Both the position numbers and the translations under genes were made by a program. DNA of 64,000 nucleotides from Kofleriaceae bacterium (GTDB taxonomy: Bacteria; Myxococcota_A; Polyangia; Haliangiales; Haliangiaceae): positions 42,572-106,571 of the forward strand of contig CBDCCZ010000039.1 in assembly GCA_965215005.1 (NCBI GenBank), given 5' to 3'. The notes under the pieces were generated by a model, which made no database searches, was not told the origin of the DNA, and saw only the letters and a list, made by a program, of their open reading frames with translations. Positions 10,401-16,493 of this stretch are shown here, in pieces (the first letter of the stretch is position 1; the number at the start of each line of letters is the position of its first letter).

Positions 10401-10979
10401 AAGCTCGCGACGATACAGCTCTCCGAGCCGCAGGTGGATCGCGACGCGCCGCTCGCCGTCGCACTCGCTCAGCTCTTCGCGCCACAGTGCGATTGCATCC
10501 TCCCAGCGCCGCGCCCGCTCGTACACTTGACGGAGTGCCTCGCGGTCGCCACCGTTCCAAGAGCCGTCGCGACGCAGCTCGAGATGCATGGCTATCGCGC
10601 GCTCGAGATCGCCAAGCTCCTGGGCGCACAGGCGCGCGGCATCGCGACGCATCGCGCTGGCCTCGGTAGGCTCGGCCCGCGCCGCCCGCCGCTCCAGGTG
10701 CGCGATCAACTCAGAGAAGCGCCCGAGGTCGCGACATAGGCGACGATATCGCGGATCGAGCTCGGCATCGTTTGGATCGTCGGCAAGCAAGGCACCGAGG
10801 ATCTCGAGCACACCACCTTGATCTTCGAGCGACTCGAGCACCGAAGCTGCCTGAAGCAGCAGGCTGCGCCGGCGCCGATCGCTGCGCGTCGCTTCGGCTT
10901 TGGACAGCAGCGCATCGACCTCGGCGGCTCCCGATACTCGTCCTCCCGCCACGCGTCGTATGAGCTCGGCCAACGCCAT
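4419..10979 (-). CDS. Giant TPR-repeat protein resembling myxobacterial AgmK-type proteins
   Basis: 2186 aa with dozens of repeats like 'ALEALERLY...W..LV..YE' and 'A...Y..AL...P'; distinct non-repeat C-terminal domain (IRHQDED...RAAFVVCEDL). Confidence 0.8.
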   Translation of the reverse strand: MALAELIRRVAGGRVSGAAEVDALLSKAEATRSDRRRRSLLLQAASVLESLEDQGGVLEILGALLADDPNDAELDPRYRRLCRDLGRFSELIAHLERRAARAEPTEASAMRRDAARLCAQELGDLERAIAMHLELRRDGSWNGGDREALRQVYERARRWEDAIALWREELSECDGERRVAIHLRLGELYRRELLEPARALTEFGEALARMPGNRDAFEAACSLIGEAPHIALEVAAVLEAACDADDDAWRIAAALEQAAEDCLDVAVRAALLRHAGQLYDRRLRCARQAFDALSRALAEDADDEPLLTHLQRLGAELGAWRELAELEAWVAEQCSSPERRRLLLLSAGQLFEEEARAPRRAMTAYRNALAAVPQDRDAMWSLARLYEQEQQWADLATLLERRLEAAQEPMERRELELRLAEVLVEHLEEVDDGLACLTRLLADERAEGHVLAMFEDLWQRGCRRREVADALEAAYTETQRWELLEALYREQLAGDPDEPMILRKIALVCERRGELAAAAAAYRQVILCGGNQSESVTALERLCGSDEDALELLDVLSELLPRAKSDAEVAVCELRRGRLYERWLGDRDKARSSYEAVLDKDGRNLEALEALERLHLRSEDWRALVALYEQRLRSTEDAEERAELHLRAAEVYGQAVLDESLALDHCKQALAARPRDCRALELRCMLAWRAGRVTDLVLALEALCAATDGPGAKARLLRQIAAAQVRGCGDALAAADALERSLEHQEDRGALEALLDHYRSEADGSAHAETLWRLLRLPDEPIARAGERFRELAELEERCGRLDRAVAACQRRYELDRDDAAAQELARLLAAARRWPECAALLEDHASWTQEPALRHQLQLELAVVYRSELGQLDRAALLCKSLSGDDALDELERIYRAAERWRDLLQLLRARAAKRPQDRVALLSQAAALAQAELGEPLLALEIWLDVVRADARQQEAAAQLAQLAHVLGAWHRLLEELLEHVQELTASDAHEQAAALWTLLGRWYLVELDDAESARTAAAHALASQPYEHAAWDLSIAAHRRAQAWGTLAETLVDAIEVANDEARQVSLYTQLGALSREHLSDDELHRWAHERALTLDPHHLPSLLALQPVCRAAEAWRELESVLRRLIENGTDDHASAWLLELATVSEDHLGSPTEALAAYRQVLAIAPHSTVAQVAAERLGQRVGDLAAVAQSLSLQLAAANDDGARISLCERLARVSERAGAIAEAAAAWERLLELAPERYELYPELVRLYRRLERWDELARVYRRQLANDDDEEVRIARLIELGEVLERGAGDVDAAVASYEEALAFAPSSGAAWAALGRACERAERWSRAASALEHALEFTAEAERGPLHFALGRVIIRGGHDRDAESHLLCAARLLDTAEPRLELAALYEGRGMWAQTAMWLEQAAERTHSAIEAPGLWHRAGRIHLDRLGRTDDGTRCMASAFALEPSMIDAAQSLAELYDEASRWDELAPVMEVVIRHLRHAAPDAAKRAVQCERAGRCAAARGEHASAKRFFLEAREIAASPAVLLGLAEANFATGEFHAAVAGYRAYLGASSTASADLYCRLGVALANTGERDRGIEVLAQALALEPNHYEALVATSELCAAAGDAAAAIEAKRSLAQLSEGAVAAQVFEDIGQLAADVLGDSREALDAYFQALELTPGNHRRLQRALELCAELGEWEMAIDVIDRFVACEPDAVRCGSYHQAAAAILRDELGEPKAATERFECALASFFADPGKLTDAMVTRAMQAFVDIDALLTEARDWSGQERAYRAMIQRLPKGHPALASLWDSLGEIYRTRLARLSDAIDAFEVAQHLDPKGSERREILAELYVIAGADQVDKAVAQHRDLLRDDPLHAQSYRDLGRIYLDAGGEEQAWCVFRALVATGRAAAVEKSFVERRQARFGHNGPSELLPQYWAHIRHQDEDPHLGAVMAAVWRAAAVVADRALARAPSTSDATPLSPLHRVLREVARAVGVAAPPVLLDGGFRDPVFLTYATSRSGPTPALIAAPDAGRGESPAWLTFAFARELARARPEYLATVAIPGVAELRAAVVAAIATACPDVPIPKREHALAAPYAQAFASGLRGDERRHLQFAVRELLRAEVADVASWSRAVDATVTRAAFVVCEDLHAALRVLLGRAVLDATRLAQNHPARDLLSYAISDDYFAVRSERARAVAA

Positions 10980-10996
10980 CGGATTCGCTACTGAAA

Positions 10997-11012
10997 AGCA
11001 AGCCGTACGCCA
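10997..11012 (-). promoter_or_regulatory. Putative sigma-54 (-24/-12) promoter of the giant TPR gene
   Basis: Minus strand TGGCGT-ACGGC-TTGCT with GG-N10-GC spacing; the -12 C lies 19 nt before ATG 10979. Confidence 0.6.
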
Positions 11013-11273
11013 TCACGCTAGCGCAGACGTCTCGCTGAGTTACAGGTGAATGCGGCGCCACCGATGCGATGGATTCTCGCCGCCGTGGGGGTGTAGGCAT
11101 CAGCAAGCGGGGCCCCGCGGTGACGCTTCGGTGCGATCGGTTCCGGTGTCAACTCTACGGTAAAGATCCGTCGTCGCTGACCGATAGCGTCCTAAACGCC
11201 TCGCGCCGGCGGAACCACCCATGCAGACCGTTTCAGCAAAAACTCCAGTCGCCCTCGTTAGAGATGCGGTAGC

Positions 11274-14200
11274 ATGACTGTTTGGGGGGAATCGAGGCGC
11301 TCGTTGCAGTACGAAGGCGGCTTTGAAGAGCTCGAATCGCGACGATTCGACGTCTTGCGCCAGCTCGGCGACGGCGGGATGGGCGTGGTTTACGAGGTGC
11401 TGGATCGCACCACGTCCACGCGTGTCGCGCTCAAGACCCTCAAGGTGCGCGACCCGAACCTACTCTACTACCTCAAGCGCGAGTTTCGCGCCCTGCAAGA
11501 TATCGATCATCCCAACCTGGTTCGCCTCGGAGAGCTCATCGAGGAAGATGGTCGCTGGTATCTCACGATGGAGTTGGTCGAGGGCCAAGCGTTCCTCGAC
11601 TACGTGCGCGTCGGTGCACTGCGCGCCGCCGGCTCGCTTGCCACCGCCGCCACCGGCCGCTTTGATGAACCCGGCGACTTTGCCTTGGTGCGCCCCAGCA
11701 GCCCGTTGCCAAGCATGGTCAACACGCGCTGCGATCACGCGCGGCTGCGTAGCGCGGTAGGCCAGCTGGCCGCCGGTCTTGCGGCGCTCCACGACGGCGG
11801 GCGGGTGCACCGCGACGTCAAACCCTCCAACGTCCTCGTCACCGCCGAGGGTCGCACCGTGCTCGTTGATTTTGGCTTGGTGTTCGACGAATCGCGCGGG
11901 CTTTCATCGGCCACTAGCGTGGTCGGCACCGCTGCGTACATGGCTCCCGAACAAGCCGCCGGAGGCCAGATTACTGGCTCGGCAGATTGGTACGCGGTGG
12001 GGGTGATGACGTATGAGGCGCTCACCGGCCGTTTACCATTCGAGGGCGCGCCGCTCGAAATTCTCATGGCCAAGCAGCGCAGCGAGCCACCGCTGGCGAG
12101 CAGCTTCGCCGATGACGTGCCTGGCGATCTCGACGCGCTGTGCGCTGAGCTGCTCCGCTTCGATCCCAACAGTCGCGCGAACGCCAAGCAGATCCTCGCC
12201 GCGCTCGGAATTACACCGACGGTGACGCGAGTCTCAACCTCTACGGGGACCGAGACCAAGCGCTTCGTCGGCCGCGGCGCCGAGCTCGCGACGCTGGACG
12301 CGGCCTATCGCGAATTAGCACGAGGAACGCCAACGGTCGTGGCGTTGCGCGGCGACTCCGGCGTCGGTAAGTCAGCGCTGGTGAGCCGCTTCACCAACGG
12401 ACTTCGTGGCGAAGAGTCGGCACCGCTGGTTCTCGAGGGTCGCTGCTACGAGCGCGAGATCGTGCCCTACAAAGGCTTTGACGGCGTGGTCGACTCCCTC
12501 GCCGGTCACCTACGGCGCACATTGCCACCAGAGGCCGATCTGATCGGTCCCGACGCCGCGCTTGTCCGGCGTCTGTTTCCCACCCTCGGCCGCGTCGAGG
12601 CGATCGCCCGAGCCAGCGGTGCTCAGGAGCATCGCACCCTCGGCGCCCACGAGATACGCCACCGCGCGTTCGCTGCGCTCCGCGGGCTACTCGCCCACGT
12701 TGCAACCAAACAGCCCCTGATCATCGCGATCGATGACATCCAGTGGGCCGGCGCCGACAGCCTGCGGCTGCTTGCGGAGCTGACCCGAGCGCGCAACGCG
12801 CCGCGCATCCTTTGGCTGCTAACCTCGCGCGTCCCTATCGAGGCGCTTTGGGAGCGAGCCGACGCCGCGGCGGATTTCGACGGAACGATTGCCGTTCGCG
12901 AGCTCGAGGTCGGGGCGCTCGATGAACATACGGCAACTGAGCTAGCGGAATGGCTGCTCGCGCGCGCTGGAGTTTCCGGCAGCGGACGCGCGCAGAGCAT
13001 TGCTGCCGAGGCCGGCGGTCACCCTCTCTATGTCGATGAGCTGGTGCGACACGTGGCAATGTGGCGCCAGCTCGATGGCTCGGTTCGGCTCGACGATGCG
13101 ATGTGGGCGCGTATCAACACGCTCGATGAAGAAGCCGTTCACGTGCTCGAAATCGTCTGCATCGCCGGCACGCCGCTAGCCCGCGAGCCGCTGCAGCGAG
13201 CTGCCGACTTGCAGCCCGAGCGCTTCGCACGGCTGCTCGCGATGTTGCGCGTGAGTAACCTCGTGCGCTCCTCGAGCCATCGCGGCGCCGATCATCTCGA
13301 GCCGTATCACGACCGAGTGCGCGACACGATGCTCGCGCAGATCGACGAAGATACCCGCTCGCGGCATCACGAACGGCTCGCGCTGGCGCTCGAAGCCTCG
13401 GGCGCGTCCACCAGCGAGCCGTATGTGGTGGTCGCGCACTGGGAAGCGGCTGGGCAACCGGAACGCGCGGCGGTGTATGCCGAACGTGCCGCCGATGCCG
13501 CGCTCGAGGCGCTGGCGTTTGGTCACGCAGCCGAGCTCTATGCCACGGCGCTGCGCCTCGGCAAAGCCGATGAGGCCACCCGCAGTCATCTGCTCGCGCG
13601 TCGCGCCGATGCGCTCGGCCATGGTGGCAAGTCGGCCGAGGCCGCCGAGGTCTATCTCGAGGCCGCGAGCAGTCGCGACCCGGCAGTGCGCCTCGAGTGC
13701 CGCGCATTGGCCGCCGAGAGTTTGCTGGTGAGCGGACGCATCGAACGAGGGCTCGCTGCTCTGAGCGACATCCTCGCCGAGGTCGGCATACCAATTCCAA
13801 CCTCGCGCGCCGGCATTTTGTCTTCGCTCCTCTGGCAGCGGTGCAAGCTCGCGGTTCGCGGAACTCGTTGGAAGCCGCGCCACGAGTCAGAGCTGTCGTC
13901 ACAACAACATCTATGGCTGCAGGCGTTCCGCACCGGAACGCTACTGGGCACCGTCGACTTTCTGTGGGGCGCGGAGTTTCAAGCGCGAGGTTTATTGTTT
14001 GCGCTCCGAGCCGGCGAAGAAAAGCAGCTGGCGTATTTTCTCGCCTACGAAGGCACCTTTCGCGCCACGCAAGGGCAGCGCGGAAGGCGCTCCGCCGCGC
14101 GCTGGGTAGCCGCTGCACGCCGCGCCAACGCGGCTCACGCCGATCCGGTCGCAACGGTGTTCATTTTGGGAGCAGAGGGCGCTACGTCTTATTACGACGG

Positions 14201-15089
14201 CGCGTTTGCGCAGGCTGCGGAGCGTCTCGGCGAGGCCGCCCACCACGCCAGCGCGATTCCCGGCGCCAACTGGCACGCAAGCACGTTACGCATTCATCAC
14301 GTGTGGGCCGTGCTTCGCACCGGCGCGCTGCGCAAGCTCCGCCGCTACGTCGATGAGTACGTAGGCGATGCGGTGCGCCGCGGCGATCGCTATCTCGAAA
14401 CCACGGTGCGGCGCTCGTGCAACATGCTCCTGTTGGCGACCGAAGGCGTGGAGGCAGCACGTCGTGACCTCGACCGCGCCACCTGGTCGCCGGCCGGGCA
14501 AGGGTTTCACATCCAGCACTGGCACGCGCTGCGCGCCCGCGCCGAGGTCGCGCTTTTCGAGGGCGAGGCCAACGCCGCTCGCGAAGCAACGGAAGACAGC
14601 TTTGCCGCGTTGCAGGCATCGCTGCTCACCCGCGTCGAGATGGTGCGCGCAGAAGCGCGTTTTCTCAAGGCGCGGCTTGCGCTCGCCAGCTTCGGCGAGA
14701 CCGGCGACCGCAAGCAGCTCGCCATCGCGGGCAAGCTCGTCGGCAAGCTAGCCCGCGAGCGCGTCGCCTACGTCCGCACCTGGGAGCTATTGCTGCGCGC
14801 CGGCCTCGCCACTGCCGATGCCCGAGCCGACCGCGCCTTGCAGCACCTGCGCGCTGCCATCGCTGCCGCCGATGCTCAAGGCACGCAGCTTCTCGCCGCT
14901 ATCGCTCGACTCCGCGCCGCCGAGCTCGGCCCCGCCGATCGCGACGAGCTTGCCCACGCAGCGAATCGCTATTGCGAGCGCGAAGGCATTCTGCACCCGG
15001 ACCGTGTTGCCGACGTGCTGGCGCCGTTCCCAAACCGCGCGATGCCGCAGCTAGCCGCGGGCAGCGGCGCCGGGAATGCGCGGCCCTAG
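11274..15089 (+). CDS. Ser/Thr protein kinase - STAND/AAA ATPase - TPR-like fusion (paralog 1)
   Basis: GDGGMGVVY, VALK, HRDVKPSN, DFG, APE kinase motifs; FVGR..E; Walker A GDSGVGKS; Walker B IIAIDDIQW; GGHPL; helical C-terminus. Confidence 0.93.
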   Translation: MTVWGESRRSLQYEGGFEELESRRFDVLRQLGDGGMGVVYEVLDRTTSTRVALKTLKVRDPNLLYYLKREFRALQDIDHPNLVRLGELIEEDGRWYLTMELVEGQAFLDYVRVGALRAAGSLATAATGRFDEPGDFALVRPSSPLPSMVNTRCDHARLRSAVGQLAAGLAALHDGGRVHRDVKPSNVLVTAEGRTVLVDFGLVFDESRGLSSATSVVGTAAYMAPEQAAGGQITGSADWYAVGVMTYEALTGRLPFEGAPLEILMAKQRSEPPLASSFADDVPGDLDALCAELLRFDPNSRANAKQILAALGITPTVTRVSTSTGTETKRFVGRGAELATLDAAYRELARGTPTVVALRGDSGVGKSALVSRFTNGLRGEESAPLVLEGRCYEREIVPYKGFDGVVDSLAGHLRRTLPPEADLIGPDAALVRRLFPTLGRVEAIARASGAQEHRTLGAHEIRHRAFAALRGLLAHVATKQPLIIAIDDIQWAGADSLRLLAELTRARNAPRILWLLTSRVPIEALWERADAAADFDGTIAVRELEVGALDEHTATELAEWLLARAGVSGSGRAQSIAAEAGGHPLYVDELVRHVAMWRQLDGSVRLDDAMWARINTLDEEAVHVLEIVCIAGTPLAREPLQRAADLQPERFARLLAMLRVSNLVRSSSHRGADHLEPYHDRVRDTMLAQIDEDTRSRHHERLALALEASGASTSEPYVVVAHWEAAGQPERAAVYAERAADAALEALAFGHAAELYATALRLGKADEATRSHLLARRADALGHGGKSAEAAEVYLEAASSRDPAVRLECRALAAESLLVSGRIERGLAALSDILAEVGIPIPTSRAGILSSLLWQRCKLAVRGTRWKPRHESELSSQQHLWLQAFRTGTLLGTVDFLWGAEFQARGLLFALRAGEEKQLAYFLAYEGTFRATQGQRGRRSAARWVAAARRANAAHADPVATVFILGAEGATSYYDGAFAQAAERLGEAAHHASAIPGANWHASTLRIHHVWAVLRTGALRKLRRYVDEYVGDAVRRGDRYLETTVRRSCNMLLLATEGVEAARRDLDRATWSPAGQGFHIQHWHALRARAEVALFEGEANAAREATEDSFAALQASLLTRVEMVRAEARFLKARLALASFGETGDRKQLAIAGKLVGKLARERVAYVRTWELLLRAGLATADARADRALQHLRAAIAAADAQGTQLLAAIARLRAAELGPADRDELAHAANRYCEREGILHPDRVADVLAPFPNRAMPQLAAGSGAGNARP

Positions 15090-15203
15090 CGTCGATCGTT
15101 GGCGCTGATCGCAGCATCGCCGGCGGTGCGCTACTCGTTGCCCGATTCGTCGGCCGTGAGCGCTAACGGCCTCGAGCAGTCAGGCGCCGTGGCGCGTCGA
15201 GGG

Positions 15204-16181
15204 CTACTCCTGAGCAGCGGGCTCGTCGAAGAGATCGGCGGCGACCTCCGCCTCGAGCGCGCGATCGAACCAGCGGTCGAGCCTTGTGCGATCGCGACAC
15301 GCCAAGATGGTCGCGCGCAGCTCGTCTGGGAGACGCACCTGTCGCGCATCGAGAATACGCAGGACCAGCTCGGCTCGCGCCGTGGTCTGTCCTAGCGCTT
15401 GACCTTCGGCGCGGAGTTTATCGGCGGTGGTTTCGATGAGTGCGGGCATGATCGGGTGAATCTGGCGGGTCGCTTCTTGGAGTATTTCTACTCCGATACC
15501 TGCGGTCTGCAACACGTATTCCACCAGCCGATGCAGGGCGCGCAGGCCGGTGCGGGAGTCCAGGGCGACGGCGCGGAGCAGCTCGGTCCATGCAACCAGA
15601 CGTTCCGGCAGCTCGTCGGAGCGAATGTACTTGAAGAGTAGACACACCACTGCTTCGAAGGTTCCTCGCCATAGCCGTTCGTCGGGCACTGCCGAGAGGT
15701 CGGTGAGGAGAAATCGAAAGTGCGGCACGTACGAAGACAGCACAGTGCACGCCGCGGGCGGCATGAGGAGAAGCTCGTCGAGCGACACGGGCGCGCGCCA
15801 GCCGAGCTCACTGTGGTGCAAGACCATGGGCAGCACTGGCGGCAGCTTGCGGCGACTGGTGTCTTCTTCTAGAAAGCGCTCCCAGATGCGAACCATGTAG
15901 CGCAACATCCGAAGCGGCATCAACGGATCCACCGAGCTCTGGTGCTCAAATAGGATGTATAGAAACGCGCTGCCGTCACCGTGGCGAAACGTCGTGGTGA
16001 AGAGCAGATCCGTCTGTCGCTCTTGCAGGTTCTCGTCTACGAACGAACCGGGTCGCGCTACCAGCGAGCTTAAGTCGAGTTGCTCGGCGACCTCTTGCGG
16101 GAGAAACGCGAGGAAGTGCGCCGCTGCATGAACAGGATCACCGAAGACACTGCGAAACAGCTTGTCGTGGGGGTTCGGCAT
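15204..16181 (-). CDS. Rpn/YhgA-family recombination-promoting nuclease (PD-(D/E)xK, 'putative transposase')
   Basis: N-terminal PHDKLF, SFVD..L...TDLL, YILFEHQS, MPLRMLRY, LPPVLPMVL and C-terminal T.A..LR.EG motifs; start moved to MPNPHD. Confidence 0.9.
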   Translation of the reverse strand: MPNPHDKLFRSVFGDPVHAAAHFLAFLPQEVAEQLDLSSLVARPGSFVDENLQERQTDLLFTTTFRHGDGSAFLYILFEHQSSVDPLMPLRMLRYMVRIWERFLEEDTSRRKLPPVLPMVLHHSELGWRAPVSLDELLLMPPAACTVLSSYVPHFRFLLTDLSAVPDERLWRGTFEAVVCLLFKYIRSDELPERLVAWTELLRAVALDSRTGLRALHRLVEYVLQTAGIGVEILQEATRQIHPIMPALIETTADKLRAEGQALGQTTARAELVLRILDARQVRLPDELRATILACRDRTRLDRWFDRALEAEVAADLFDEPAAQE

Positions 16182-16300
16182 GACGGGGCGCGGGACGAGT
16201 CGTCGACGCCAGCCCGATGGTGGCTGGTCACTCGCGCGACCCAAACCGCATCGCAAGACCGATGCCACGCGAAACTACGCCGATCCTCGCGTCCCCGGTC

Positions 16301-16361
16301 CGGCTTCCCGGACGCCGCGGACGGCATCCCGGACGCCGCGGACGGCCCCCGGACGCCGCGG
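16301..16361. repeat. Three tandem 20-21-bp repeats upstream of the Rpn gene
   Basis: CGGCTTCCCGGACGCCGCGGA / CGGCATCCCGGACGCCGCGGA / CGGCCCCCGGACGCCGCGG read directly. Confidence 0.85.
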
Positions 16362-16445
16362 CCCCCCAGAGCCCGCAGGCGCGCCCTCAGACACACGCGA
16401 ACGCCCTACCCCACCGCTGTTGGTGAACGCTTGCGTTCGCCCAAT

Positions 16446-16473
16446 GCGGCGCCTTCGCTGGTGAAGGCGCCGC
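16446..16473. terminator. GC-rich hairpin downstream of the 16494-19253 gene
   Basis: GCGGCGCCTTC-GCTGGT-GAAGGCGCCGC, perfect 11-bp stem; short TTT on the + side, ATT on the - side. Confidence 0.6.
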
Positions 16474-16493
16474 TTTCCACCCGCCGAGACGCG

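Noticed and set aside
15204..16181. Rpn gene as an IS element
   Set aside because: No terminal inverted repeats or target-site duplication seen; the family is a PD-(D/E)xK nuclease, not a DDE transposase.
16301..16361. Tandem repeat as a mini-CRISPR array
   Set aside because: No unique spacers between units and no cas genes in the window.
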